DNA of 63,228 nucleotides, filler included, from Pelomyxa schiedti (GCA_020536535.1; 13 parts of 13 records of this genome joined end to end with filler, not necessarily neighbours in it); one strand, 5' to 3'; positions 1 through 12,609 are shown, counted from the whole stretch's first letter. Notes: generated from the letters alone by a model not told the origin. Made by a program: numbers and translations.

Positions 1-674
1 TTCCACACTGTTGGTGCAGATCTTTCTTGTTCAGTTTGGAGGGTACCGCCCCATTCCCGTAAGTAAGATTCTCTAAGTGCGTCGTCACAGAATTTTTGCC
101 GGCACACAACCTCTATCACTTAATCAATGGTGCCTCTGTTTCGGAATTGCTTCTTTGTCACTTCCAATTGGTAAGCCAACAAAACAAAAGCGGATGAACT
201 TATGTTACGCAGGACTTATACCAAAATTCATGCCCCACCCTGAACGCAAAGCTAAGAAATACAAGTGGAAGACCCACCCACTTCCAAAAACGGCGGGGAG
301 GCTTCCATCCAGTCCTCAAAAGAAGACTGACTGATGTTCTTTTGTTTTTGGAACATACATTTTTATTGACAAATATCTTACCGTCAATCAAGTTCAAGAC
401 ATTTAAAATTTTAGATAAAATACTCCGGTGTCATTGGTATTATTTTTTGCCTTGAAGGCCCGAGAGGCACTCACTGGGTACACTTGGGCCAACATCGTGG
501 CCTTGAAAAGATCTAGTCTGGAATCCAGTTTTTGATTTAACAAAGTACACACATTGCACATTGACATTACATGAGCACCTTATCAAGGGACACAACAGAA
601 GGGTTGGCCAAGTTCATACAGCCGTGCTGAAGGCATGGTGACGTGGAGCACCGTGAATCCCGTGAGTGGTTCCA

Positions 675-1865
675 TCACGATAAGCTCCTTTCCCTCAAGT
701 GAAAACAAAAGCCCAGAATCCGCTTCCACCCTTTTTGTTTTGGTTGAGTTGCAGGAACACTCACAAGAGGCTTTGTCATGTCATTGGAATCCCAGATATC
801 ACACAGCTTTTCGCTTGGATAGTGATACGAAAGAGCAAAGATTGACGCACTCAATTGTGAAATTTTTGCACAGCTTTCTGTTTGAGTGAGTACTGCTGGT
901 GTGGATCCAGTCTCTGGAAACTCAAAGGCACGAGAAAGAAAGGGTGAACTCGTCACACATTTCTGAACGAAGCTCCTGGAACCATCCCTTTTTGTCAGAA
1001 CCACTGCATTCTCTGTGAGGAATTCTACAGAGGCATCAAAATGTGTGTTCGTTTCAACGATGGCACACAATGACTCAGAATTGAAGGTCCTCTCAACATC
1101 AACCACCACAAATACAGGGCCCTCCCAGGTCTTTCGTTGGATCACCAAAACAACGAGCTCATTTGGTGATGACTTGTTGAAAAAAAGCGCCCCCACTTTG
1201 CGGCTCTCAGAACTGTATCTGAGCCTGACACCAACACAAGTGTCATCATGTTGCCTGCTACTGGGAATTTTTGCAATCCTGATCCCCAAAGCACCTTGTT
1301 CTCCGAAGTCACAGGGCTTTCCAGCCACCACAAACCACTTGTGATTAACTGCTTGCATGGAGGAATACCTCTCCTCGAGTCTGTCCCGCAGCAACAGCGG
1401 GATCGCGGGCACATATTCCCCAGTGACCAGGTCGTGCACCCTGAAATGTGGCATGAGCCGCCTCGTTTCGCCAACCCATTTGGCGTCGATGATATATCGG
1501 CCGCCAGTGTCCCCCAGCGGATCCGGCACGACCGCCGGCTCGTCGGTGATTCCCATACAAAGTGGCGACACTCCAAACGACACAATCCACTGGCTCCTCT
1601 TGGTTCCGCCGGCACCGTCAACAACGCCAGCTACAACAACAAACCTGCGGCGAGTGTCCACTACCATTTCCCACACCACCCTGACTGCTACACTTGCACA
1701 GCAACAACTATGTTCAACTGACGACGTAGAGGAGGACCGCGACGAGGGAGCCCTCCACCAGCCGCACCTTGGATGCGATATAAGGCACAGAGCGGCGAAT
1801 TGGTCGGCAGATCGAAGTGTCACATATGCTCGTGGTTCCGACAGCGGACTCTCAGTTGTAGTCAT
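675..1865 (-). pseudogene. Intronless 'DQF-RCG' family protein, frameshifted copy or allele
   Basis: Nearly identical to 6011-7300 but lacks 7 nt (acctccc) near 731. This shifts the frame and removes the C-terminal WVEADSGLLF... segment. Confidence 0.75.
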
Positions 1866-1926
1866 CACTCCCAATCAAATTAGCGGAAGAAGGACTTGAG
1901 GGAAAAAAAGTGACTGGTGGTACGCG

Positions 1927-2676
1927 ATGTTTTGTGAGACGGGAACTCGACGATCTGTTGCGGTTACGGTTGGCATCAGCTTGATGTCGTGGGTCCGTTT
2001 TTTTCCCCTTTCTACCAAAAGTTATAAACTTTATATATAAAAGTTTGTTTACTCCTTTGGCACTGGGGCTTAACAAACTTTTTTTGTTGTATGACTACAG
2101 TTTGGACTTCTTGTACTGAGGTGCAGTAATGCGGCTGGGAAGGTGTCTTCTGCCGAATACGGTATTATACCATCAGAGCTGCTGGTAGTCTCGTCGACTG
2201 TATGCCTGATTATAGGGACACTATACTCTCACTATCCCACTCTATTAGTCGTATGTGTTATGACACCTTTTGGCTTCTGGATCAATGTTTTTTTTAGGTG
2301 CCGATACTGGGATTTTCTGAGTTTTGTCTTGGATTCTTCGATTCAATTGCCGAGGCCCGACTGTGCACCTATGCACCCGGTTTGCGGTCAACCCTTTTAT
2401 TTCCATTAATTTCCCTTGACACTATCTCATTCACTCTTGGCAGGGTGCTCATCTTGGGAAAAAGCTGGGGTGGCAGGGCTATTCTTCCTTGGAATCGGCT
2501 CAGTATGTAACACCAAATCCGCCAATAACTTATTGTTTAAATTGACCCCTTCTAACACCAACACACACCAGCTCTTTGTCGCCATTTATGGAATTTGGTT
2601 GCTTATCATCCTCAAACGAACTATGAGACCGGCGGCACCCGCGGTACCAATGGCCACTACGACTGATGCCATCTAA
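1927..2676 (+). CDS. Small multi-pass membrane protein (spliced, about 4 hydrophobic segments), copy 1
   Basis: GT-AG splicing joins MFCETG...LMSW / FGLLVLRC...PTLLV / VPILGFSEF...YAP / GCSSWEKAGVAGLFFLGIGS / LFVAIYGIWLLIILKR...AI*. The 5' exon junction is uncertain. Confidence 0.6.
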
Positions 2677-2760
2677 CGCACCCTGCTAAACTTGTTCCCT
2701 TCTGTTATGTAAAACCCACAACCCAAAGCCCAGCCCAAATTGGCAGATACCCGAATAGTG

Positions 2761-4058
2761 ATGAAACGCAACAGGGAGGAATCCGGGATCGGCGCCACAA
2801 TCACCACACCCACGTCCCCCGCGCCCGAGGCACTGGGTAGTAGTGGCGGTGGTGGTCCCCGCGACGGAAAGAGGCCCCGCGTGGGCATCGACGACCTGTG
2901 TGTTGTACTACCCTCCACAGTGCTCGCCAGTGGTGGCGGTGGTGGTGGTGGCGGCGATAGCGATGGTGCACCAACGCGCGGCACCACCACCACGGCCGCA
3001 GAGGCCACGGACGCCTCCACGAGGCGCGAAGCCGAAACAGAAACCGGGGCCCACACCGCCGCGAGCACCGACCACGTGTGTGCAAGCACAAGCACAAGCG
3101 GGGGGGGTGTGGGGGCAGAGGTGACGGAGGAGGGCGGGGACGCACAGGGCGCCGGCAAAAAGGAGAGGACGAGGACGAGGGGGAGGCACAGGCTGTTCCT
3201 GGTCACCAGGCCTAAACCCCCTCGTTGATTCCCACACACCCCCCGCCCTCACTCCCTTTTTTTTTGGTCTGTGTGTTGTGTGTTGTGTGCGTGATTTAGT
3301 GTGTTGGTTTGGCTTGATATCTTACTGACCACCTTTTTCAAGCGGAGCCCGATGAAATTGACCTTGATGATACTGATGAATCTGACGAGGATAGCGACAG
3401 CAGTGAAGAAGAAGCTGCAGAACAGCAAGACAAAGAGGGTGGTGATGCTGTGAAGGACGATGAGGTGTTCTTGTGGGATGATAGACCACTACAGGTATAC
3501 ATAGACACCGCAAAGGCAATGAGCCGGTCCATCTACGATCACTCCGATGAAGGCTTCGCCGATATCGACTCCGCAACACAATCAAAAACCCCAATCCCCC
3601 CTCACACAGCTCCGCACATTATTCAAATTCAACCACAACAACACAATCCAACACCGGAACAACCATCAGCCACTACAAGTACTACCTCAACCAGCAATAC
3701 AGCAACTACAGAGACCAGTTCTGTAGCTTCTACCGCGCAACTATCGGAACATGATGACGATGTACTGGTTGGAATGTTACTGCTTGTGGAGGAATATCCG
3801 GAATGTGAAATTCTGCAACTGTTTGTTGACCCTGAATGGAGGACACAGGGGATTGGTGGTCAGTTGGTGTGTGCAGCAATCGACTATGCCAGAAAAAGTG
3901 AGTATCACCCAGTGGCTGTAAATTGCTTTGCTGTTGGAAGCTGGAAGTTTTACAGAAAGTGGGGATTCAAGAAGGAAAAGTCGCCAGACAACAAAGGAGG
4001 TGAGAGAGTGGTGATGAAATTGCTTCTAGAGAATAGTAATAACAAGGAAGAGAGTTAG
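2761..4058 (+). CDS. GNAT-family acetyltransferase with long low-complexity/acidic N-terminus, copy 1
   Basis: C-terminal LFVDPEWRTQGIGGQL (motif A) and SWKFYRKWGF (motif B). One phase-1 GT-AG intron at about 3226-3342 joins the two ORFs. Confidence 0.85.
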
Positions 4059-4088
4059 TTGACAAACATTTTGTTGTTATTTGCGATT

Positions 4089-5386
4089 TTAGGTGTTTTG
4101 TTGCGAAGGTAATTTGAGGGTGGTGAGAGAAAGGTGGTGAACAGTGTCACCGGTTTCTGTGGTGAATGATGAAACGCAGCAGTCAAGGGTGTGTATTGGT
4201 GTGAATTGTGAAAAGACCTTCCCGAGCCTCTCTAGATGGTCCTGTGGTGTTCCGGGAAGGTGCATGTTACGTGGCGGAAGAGTAGGGCCAAAGAATGTTG
4301 TCTGTTTGAGTGTGAGGAAGAAATGTGAATAACCGGCATTACCGCTTCTTGGCCGTAGAGTATTACTTCCACTGTGCCTGAGGAATCGGAGATAGAGAAG
4401 CGTATTAGGTAGTCAACTGAGAGTGGAGACTGGCACTTGATGCAGCGGGGTGATGGGCCACATTCCGCGCTACAAGGGAACATACTGTGACACACAGGAC
4501 AAGATAGAACGGTAGAGTTTATGAAAGTCTGTGGATACACTCCAGAAATGACGCCATGCACATGGCGTATGCATGGCTTGGCAAGGGTTAGGTTATATTT
4601 CAGGATTTGGCTGCATACCACATCTCCCGTAAGAATAGCTTGAAGTGGAGACAGACGTGCCTGACACCCTGTCTCTGGAGAGCGTAAGATTAGGCAGGAG
4701 TGTCTGACATAAGTTACCGGAAATGCATTTGAGATGAGGATCAGGGACTTGTTCGTCAGATGGAACTGGAGCGTGTACTGGAGGTGCTAGCTGCTGTGAA
4801 TCAGGTAAAACGGAGCGAAGAAGTTCTTCATGTGCACTAAGATACAATATCAGAGATATTATTATTATCTCACGTAAAATGTTTTCTATAGTAATCTGCA
4901 AACAGTTAAATACCTCAACACAGAACAAACAGATGGTGACTCTGATGGCACGGCAACTACAGTACATTCAGGATGAGATGCTAGCTCCACAAAGTTTTTG
5001 AACATTTTTACCCTGGGAAGAATAAGTTGTACTGATGGACTGTGTGTTACAACCTTGCCTGAAGGTGGATCCACGTTCCTGCAGCCAAGTCAGGCAGATT
5101 GAAAAGCGAAGGAATTGAGTCTACCTGGGGTCAACACCGGGAAAAGGTTGGGAACCCAGCAAAAGTATTTCATAAAAGAACCAACACAAGGATTGGGTAG
5201 CTGGGGGGGTGCAGGAACAACAACATTCCCGAAGGTAAAAGCTCTGTTAAGTGTGGGTACTTTACTTTTGTGTTGAAAAAGGGCCGAGAGTTGTACCGTT
5301 CCGTTAATATGAGCCCCGAACCAGTGCCATCCCAAATAATGGTTTCCTTGCGGGGCTTGCCAGTTGTTGGTGTGAAAACTGCTACA
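4089..5386 (-). CDS. POT1: POT1, 3' part only (copy 1, cut by gap)
   Basis: Matches the 3' exons of the full copy at 9592-11796 (IIWDGTG, CPVC..CIKC, DSSGTVEVILYG). Confidence 0.75.
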
Positions 5387-6010
5387 NNNNNNNNNNNNNN
5401 NNNNNNNNNNNNNNNNNNNNNNNNNNNNNNNNNNNNNNNNNNNNNNNNNNNNNNNNNNNNNNNNNNNNNNNNNNNNNNNNNNNNNNTTCCACACTGTTGG
5501 TGCAGATCTTTCTTGTTCAGTTTGGAGGGTACCGCCCCATTCCCGTAAGTAAGATTCTCTAAGTGCGTCGTCACAGAATTTTTGCCGGCACACAACCTCT
5601 ATCACTTCGTCAATGGTGCCTTTGTTTCGGAATTGCTTCTTTATCACTTCCAATTGGTAAGCCAACAAAACTAAAGCGGATGAACTTATGTTACGCAGGA
5701 CTTATACCAAAATTCATGCCCCACCCTGAACGCAAAGCTAAGAAATACAAATGGAAGACCCACCCACTTCCAAAAACAGCGGGTAGAATGGAGGCTTCCT
5801 CAAAGAAGACTGACTGATGTTCTTTTGTTTTTGGAACATACATTTTTATTGACAAATATCTGACCGTCACCATGTCGCGAATCAAGTTCAAGACACGCAT
5901 CGTCGGAGGCACTACATTTAAAATTTTAAATAAAATACTCCGGTGTCGTTGGTATTATTTTTTGCCTTGAAGGCCAGAGAGGCACTCACTGGGTACACTT
6001 GAGCACCTTA

Positions 6011-7300
6011 TCAAGGGACACAACAGAAGGGTTGGCCAAGTTCATACAGCCGTGCTGAAGGCATGGTGACGTGGAGCACCATGAATCCCGTGAGTGGTTC
6101 CATCACGATAAGCTCCTTTCCCTCAAGTGAAAACAAAAGCCCAGAATCCGCTTCCACCCACCTCCCTTTTTGTTTTGGTTGAGTTGCAGGAACACTCACA
6201 AGAGGCTTTGTCATGTCATTGGAATCCCAGATGTCACACAGCTTTTCGCTTGGATAGTGATACGAAAGAGCAAAGATTGACGCACTCAATTGTGAAATTT
6301 TTGCACAGCTTTCTGTTTGTGTGAGTACTGCTGGTGTGGATCCAGTCTCTGGAAACTCAAAGGCACGAGAAAGAAAGGGTGAACTCGTCACACATTTCTG
6401 AACGAAGCTCCTGGAACCATCCCTTTTTGTCAGAACCACTGCATTCTCTGTGAGGAATTCTACAGAGGCATCAAAATGTGTGTTCGTTTCAACGATGGCA
6501 CACAATGACTCAGAATTGAAGGTCCTCTCAACATCAACCACCACAAATACAGGGCCCTCCCAGGTCTTTCGTTGGATCACCAAAACAACGAGCTCATTTG
6601 GTGATGACTTGTTGAAAAAAAGCGCCCCCACTTTGCGGCTCTCAGAACTGTATCTGAGCCTGACACCAACACAAGTGTCATCATGTTGCCTGCTACTGGG
6701 AATTTTTGCAATCCTGATCCCCAAAGCACCTTGTTCTCCGAAGTCACAGGGCTTTCCAGCCACCACAAACCACTTGTGATTAACTGCTTGCATGGAGGAA
6801 TACCTCTCCTCGAGTCTGTCCCGCAGCAACAGCGGGATCGCGGGCACATATTCCCCAGTGACCAGGTCGTGCACCCTGAAATGTGGCATGAGCCGCCTCG
6901 TTTCGCCAACCCATTTGGCGTCGATGATATATCGGCCGCCAGTGTCCCCCAGCGGATCCGGCACGACCGCCGGCTCGTCGGTGATTCCCATACAAAGTGG
7001 CGACACTCCAAACGACACAATCCACTGGCTCCTCTTGGTTCCGCCGGCACCGTCAACAACGCCAGCTACAACAACAAACCTGCGGCGAGTGTCCACTACC
7101 ATTTCCCACACCACCCTGACTGCTACACTTGCACAGCAACAACTATGTTCAACTGACGACGTAGAGGAGGACCGCGACGAGGGAGCCCTCCACCAGCCGC
7201 ACCTTGGATGCGATATAAGGCACAGAGCGGCGAATTGGTCGGCAGATCGAAGTGTCACATATGCTCGTGGTTCCGACAGCGGACTCTCAGTTGTAGTCAT
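6011..7300 (-). CDS. Intronless 'DQF-RCG' expanded-family protein (~430 aa, predicted beta-rich)
   Basis: Single long ORF. Motifs SADQFAALCLISHPRCG, FGVSPL, VNHKW, LSASIF and IWDSND are shared with 45619-47093 and 58561-59161. Confidence 0.8.
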   Translation of the reverse strand: MTTTESPLSEPRAYVTLRSADQFAALCLISHPRCGWWRAPSSRSSSTSSVEHSCCCASVAVRVVWEMVVDTRRRFVVVAGVVDGAGGTKRSQWIVSFGVSPLCMGITDEPAVVPDPLGDTGGRYIIDAKWVGETRRLMPHFRVHDLVTGEYVPAIPLLLRDRLEERYSSMQAVNHKWFVVAGKPCDFGEQGALGIRIAKIPSSRQHDDTCVGVRLRYSSESRKVGALFFNKSSPNELVVLVIQRKTWEGPVFVVVDVERTFNSESLCAIVETNTHFDASVEFLTENAVVLTKRDGSRSFVQKCVTSSPFLSRAFEFPETGSTPAVLTQTESCAKISQLSASIFALSYHYPSEKLCDIWDSNDMTKPLVSVPATQPKQKGRWVEADSGLLFSLEGKELIVMEPLTGFMVLHVTMPSARLYELGQPFCCVP

Positions 7301-7361
7301 CACTCCCAATCAAATTAGCGGAAGAAGGACTTGAGGGAAAAAAAGTGACTGGTGGTACGCG

Positions 7362-8116
7362 ATGTTTTGTGAGACGGGAACTCGACGATCTGTTGCGGTT
7401 ACGGTTGGCATCAGCTTGATGTCGTGGGTCCGTTTTTTTCCCCTTTCTACCAAAAGTTATAAACTTTATATATAAAAGTTTGTTTACTCCTTTGGCACTG
7501 GGGCTTAACAAACTTTTTTTGTTGTATGACTACAGTTTGGACTTCTTGTACTGAGGTGCAGTAATGCGGCTGGGAAGGTGTCTTCTGCCGAATACGGTAT
7601 TATACCATCAGAGCTGCTGGTAGTCTCGTCGACTGTATGCCTGATTATAGGGACACTATACTCTCACTATCCCACTCTATTAGTCGTATGTGTTATGACA
7701 CCTTTTGGCTTCTGGATCAATGTTTTTTTTAGGTGCCGATACTGGGATTTTCTGAGTTTTGTCTTGGATTCTTCGATTCAATTGCCGAGGCCCGACTGTG
7801 CACCTATGCACCCGGTTTGCGGTCAACCCTTTTATTTCCATTAATTTCCCTTGACACTATCTCATTCACTCTTGGCAGGGTGCTCATCTTGGGAAAAAGC
7901 TGGGGTGGCAGGGCTATTCTTCCTTGGAATCGGCTCAGTATGTAACACCAAATCCGCCAATAACTTATTCTTTATTGTTTAAATTGACCCCTTCTAACAC
8001 CAACACACCAGCTCTTTGTCGCTATTTATGGAATCTGGTTGCTTATCATCCTCAAACGAACTATGAGACCGGCGGCACCCGCCGTACCAATGGCCACTAC
8101 CACTGATGCCATCTAA
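7362..8116 (+). CDS. Small multi-pass membrane protein, copy 2
   Basis: Same exon structure as 1927-2676. Confidence 0.6.
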
Positions 8117-8210
8117 CGCACCCACTCACACCCTGTGCTGAACTTGGTTCCCTTCTGTTATTGCAAGCACAGCCCAAATTGGGACTGGGTTCGTTTCTGC
8201 CCGAATAGTG

Positions 8211-9500
8211 ATGAAACGAAACAGGGAGGAACCTGGGATCGGCATCACCGCAATCACCACACCCGCGTCGGGGGCGCTGAGTAGTGGTGGTGGTGGTGGG
8301 CCCCGCGACGGCAAGAGGCCCCGCGTGGGCATCGACGACCTGTGTGTTGTACTACCCTCCACAGGGCTCGCCAGTGGTGGCGTTGGTGGTGGAGGCGGCG
8401 ATAGCGATGGTGGACCTACACGCGGCACCACCACCACGGCGGCAGAGGCCACGGACGCCTCCAGGAGGCGCGAAGCCGAAACAGAAACCGAGGCCAACAC
8501 CGCCGCGAGCACCGACCACGTGTGTGCAAGCACAAGCACAAGTAGCGGGGGTGTGGGGGCAGAGGTGACGGAGGAGGGCGGGGACGCACAGGGCGCCGGC
8601 AAAAAGGAGAGGACGAGGACGAGGAGGAGGCACAGGCTGTTCCTGGTCACCAGGCCTAAACCCCCTCGTTGATTCCCACACACCCCCCCCCCCACCCGCA
8701 CTCGCTGTTTGTTGGGTCTGTGTGTTGTGTGTTGTGTCGTGATTAGTGTTGGTTTGGCTTGATATCTTACTGACCACCTTTTTCAAGCGGAGCCCGATGA
8801 AATTGACCTTGATGATACCGACGAATCTGACGAGGATAGCGACAGCAGTGAAGAAGAAGCAGCAGAACAACAAGACAAAGAGGGTGGTGATGCTGTGAAG
8901 GACGATGATGTGTTCTTGTGGGATGACAGACCACTACAGGTATACATAGACACCGCAAAGGCAATGAGCCGGTCCATCTACGATCACTCCGATGAAGGCT
9001 TCGCCGATATCGACTCCGCAACACAATCGAAAACCCCAATCCCCCCTCACACAGCTCCGAACACTATTCAAATACCGCAACAACACAATCCAACACCGGA
9101 ACAACCATCAGCCACTACAAGTACTACATCGGCCAGCAATACAACAACTACAGAGACCAGTTCTGCAGCTTCTACCGCGCAACTGTCAGAACATGATGAC
9201 GATGTACTGGTTGGAATGTTACTGCTTGTGGAGGAATATCCGGAATGTGAAATTCTGCAACTGTTTGTTGACCCTGAATGGAGGACACAGGGGATTGGTG
9301 GTCAGTTGGTGTGTGCAGCAATCGACTATGCCAGAAAAAGTGAGTATCACCCAGTGGCTGTAAATTGCTTTGCTGTTGGAAGCTGGAAGTTTTACAGAAA
9401 GTGGGGATTCAAGAAGGAAAAGTCGCCAGACAACAAAGGAGGCGAGAGAGTGGTGATGAAATTGCTTCTAGAGAATAGTAATAACAAGGAAGAGAGTTGA
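8211..9500 (+). CDS. GNAT-family acetyltransferase, copy 2
   Basis: Same GNAT motifs and the same intron as copy 1. Confidence 0.85.
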
Positions 9501-9591
9501 CAAACATTTTGTTGTTGTCTCACTAATAAGAGTAATAGTACTATTAGCATAAGATTCGTTTGAATGCCGGGTTTTGTTGTTATTTGCGATT

Positions 9592-11796
9592 TTAGGTGTT
9601 TTGTTGCGAAGGTAATTTGAGGGTGGTGAGAGAAAGGTGGTGAACAGTATCACCGGTTTCTGTGGTGAATGATGAAACGCAGCAGTCAAGGGTGTGTATT
9701 GGTGTGAATTGTGAAAAGACCTTCCCGAGCCTCTCTAGATGGTCCTGCGGTGTTCCGGGAAGGTGCATGTTACGTGGCGGAAGAGTAGGGCCAAAGAATG
9801 TTGTCTGTTTGAGTGTGAGGAAGAAATGTGAATAACCGGAATTTACTGCTTCTTGGCCGTAGAGTATTACTTCCACTGTGCCTGAGGAATCGGAGATAGA
9901 GAAGCGTATTAAGTAGTCAACTGAGAGTGGAGACTGGCACTTGATGCAGCGGGGTGATGGGCCACATTCCGCGCTACAAGGGAACATACTGCGACACACA
10001 GGACAAGATAGAACGGTAGAGTTTATGAAAGTCTGTGGATACACTCCAGAAATGACGCCATGCACATGGCGTATGCATGGCTTGGCAAGGGTTAGGTTAT
10101 ATTTCAGGATTTGGCTGCATACCACATCTCCCGTCAGAATAGCTTGAAGTGGAGACAGACGTGCCTGACACCCTGTCTCTGGAGAGCGTAAGATTAGGCA
10201 GGAGTGTCTTACAGAAGTTACCGGAAATGCATTTGAGATGAGGATCAGGGACTTGGTCGTCAGATGGAACTGTAGAGTGCACTGGAGGTGCTAGCTGCTG
10301 TGAATCAGGTAAAACGGAGCGAAGAAGTTCTTCATGTGCGCTAAGATACAATATCAGAGATATTATTATTGTCTCACGTAAAATGGTTTCTATAGAAATC
10401 CGCAAACAGTTAAATACCTCAACACAGAACAAACAGATGGTGACTCTGATGGCACGGCAACGACAGTACATTCAGGATGAGATGCTAGCTCCACAAAGTT
10501 TTTGAACATTTTTACCCTGGGAAGAATTAGTTGTACTGACGGACTGCGTGTTACAACCTTGCCTGAAGGTGGATCCACGTTCCTGAATCCAAGTCAGGCG
10601 GATTGCAAAGCGAAGGAATTGAGTCTACCTGGGGTCAACACAGGGAAAAGGTTGGGAACCCAGCAAAAGTATTTCATAAAAGAACCAACACAAGGATTGG
10701 GTAGCTGGGGGGGTGCAGGAACAACAACATTTCCGAAGGTAAAAGCTCTATTGAGTGTGGGTACTTTAATTTTGTGTTGAAAAAGGGCCGAGAGTTGTAC
10801 CGTTCCGTTAATATGAGCCCCGAACCAGTGCCATCCCAAATAATGGTTTCCTTGCGGGGCTTGCCAGTTGTTGGTGTGAAAACTGCTACAACCTTGAAAA
10901 TTCAGATGAGCTCAGTGTGCAGAGAGGAAGTGAAGTGTTCATACAAAACAGATCAAGTCTTGGTTCCCTTGTGGGGTTGTATTAATAATCTTACCTATTG
11001 ACGTGAAAGGCCCTGTTCCTCGTTAGTGAACAGCAAAAAGATAATGAGCACACTTGCTACTACGGGGTTTTGCACACGGTGTTTAATCCAAGCTAGAAGT
11101 TGATTACCTCGTCCTCGGTCCTCTGGTCCCCATGTAAACTGCTCAGATGATGCCTTAACAACAAAGTCGTAATTACATTGGGAAATAAGAAAACTGAACG
11201 CTTACCATTGGCTGATCAATGGTTCCGCGTAACAGTACCCAACTTGAACCACAACCCCCAGGGGTGTCCAGTCTCAGAGAAATATAAGGCTTGTTGGAAG
11301 CGCCTGACAGCACCTTTGGTGTCCATATCAGAATTGAACATTATATCAATTATAGAGAGTGAATGATACATGTTCGACGATATTGATATCAGAAAAGGCT
11401 ATTAAACCTGAACTCGATGCAATCGGATTATGTCATTAGCTTGGCATTCAGGGAATCCTGTCATGCCGGCGTTGTACATATAAACATCAACTCTTCCATT
11501 AGGGCACGTCTCATCACACAACACAAGGTGCTTCTTATATTTGACCCCAGGTCCACCTCGCCCCTCGCCTGCAATTGCAATTACGTCACCGCACCCAATT
11601 ATTTATTATTTCCCCCCGCCCCCGCCCAGGCCCGCCGCAACGTGGCCAGGCCAACGCGCGTCGTACATTGTTCTATCTTCCAGTCCTCGAGCACGACCCC
11701 CCACACGTCCGTCTTGGGCTCCCCGAGTCTCAAGTGCAGCTTGTCCAACTTGGTGTAAGCGTACGGTCGCCCCCCGGTCATCACCGTCTTCATCAT
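9592..11796 (-). CDS. POT1: Telomere ssDNA-binding protein POT1/TEBP-alpha (multi-exon, full length)
   Basis: Spliced product: OB1 YAYTKL..DVWGVV..LVLCDET..NDIIRLHRVQ..GSSWVL; linker SSEQFTWGPED..LLAW; OB2 DLICFVV..IIWDGTG; C-terminal OB with CxxC..CxxC, ISDSSGTVEVILYG and LDCCVSSF. The start is at 11796 or 11781. Confidence 0.85.
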
Positions 11797-11961
11797 CACA
11801 GTGATTACGTGGAACTGTGATACACATCGTCCCAAATTCAACGTCAACTCCCCCTGTCTTCCCCTCGTCCGGCATAGCGTCGCCAATTGGTGTGTCCTGC
11901 CCCACTGAGGGAGTTCTGGAGGACTGACTAGAACAAGACAAAAAAACCCAAACAACGACGG

Positions 11962-12258
11962 ATGAAAGGGCCGGCAGCGGAGGCAGCAGCCGCAGCCACT
12001 ACTACGGCGAGCAGTGGTTGTGGCGGTGGCGGAGCGGCAGTCGCGACCAGCAGCAGCAGCATCGGCAGCACGGTCAGCACGGTGACCACGTCGCCGCACG
12101 GGCGGGACGCGGGGCAGGTGCTGGGCCACGCGCGGTCGTGCGTGCCGCGGCTGACGGCTGCGCTGCACAAGGGCGAGTGCGGGCGGGTGGGGGTGATCGG
12201 GGGCAGCGACGAGTACACAGGCGCGCCCTACTACGCCGCAACCGCCGCCCTCAAGACC
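11962..12258 (+). CDS. NAXD: ATP-dependent NAD(P)HX dehydratase, first exon only
   Basis: VPRL...[31 protein letters not shown] is the YjeF-C/CARKD N-terminal signature. A GT donor follows, then a poly-C artefact. Confidence 0.88.
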
Positions 12259-12267
12259 GTGTGCTTG

Positions 12268-12368
<101 letters not shown>

Positions 12369-12609
12369 TGCCCCCCACTATCATAATATTATCCCATAAT
12401 CCCCCCCCCACCACCACTCAACATTCCCGAAGGTAAAAGCTCTGTTAAGTGTGGGTACTTTACTTTTGTGTTGAAAAAGGGCCGAGAGTTGTACCGTTCC
12501 GTTAATATGNNNNNNNNNNNNNNNNNNNNNNNNNNNNNNNNNNNNNNNNNNNNTTAATTAATTAANNNNNNNNNNNNNNNNNNNNNNNNNNNNNNNNNNN
12601 NNNNNNNNN

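Larger units (their letters stand above)
1..5386. repeat. Copy 1 of a ~5.4 kb duplicated segment (copy 2 at 5487-~10888); probably a haplotig or allelic duplication
   Basis: Positions 1 and 5487 both start ttccacactgttggtgcag. Gene order is the same, with SNPs and indels, and the copies are separated by a 100-N scaffold gap. Confidence 0.95.
5487..10888. repeat. Copy 2 of the ~5.4 kb duplicated segment
   Basis: Colinear with 1-5386. Confidence 0.95.

Noticed and set aside
12510-12609. Recurrent N-TTAATTAATTAA-N blocks (also near 14475, 19586, 44847, 47402, 49100, 51234, 53258, 56646, 58461, 60282 and 62065)
   Set aside because: Artificial six-frame-stop contig linkers. They are not piggyBac TTAA sites, and synteny across them is meaningless.
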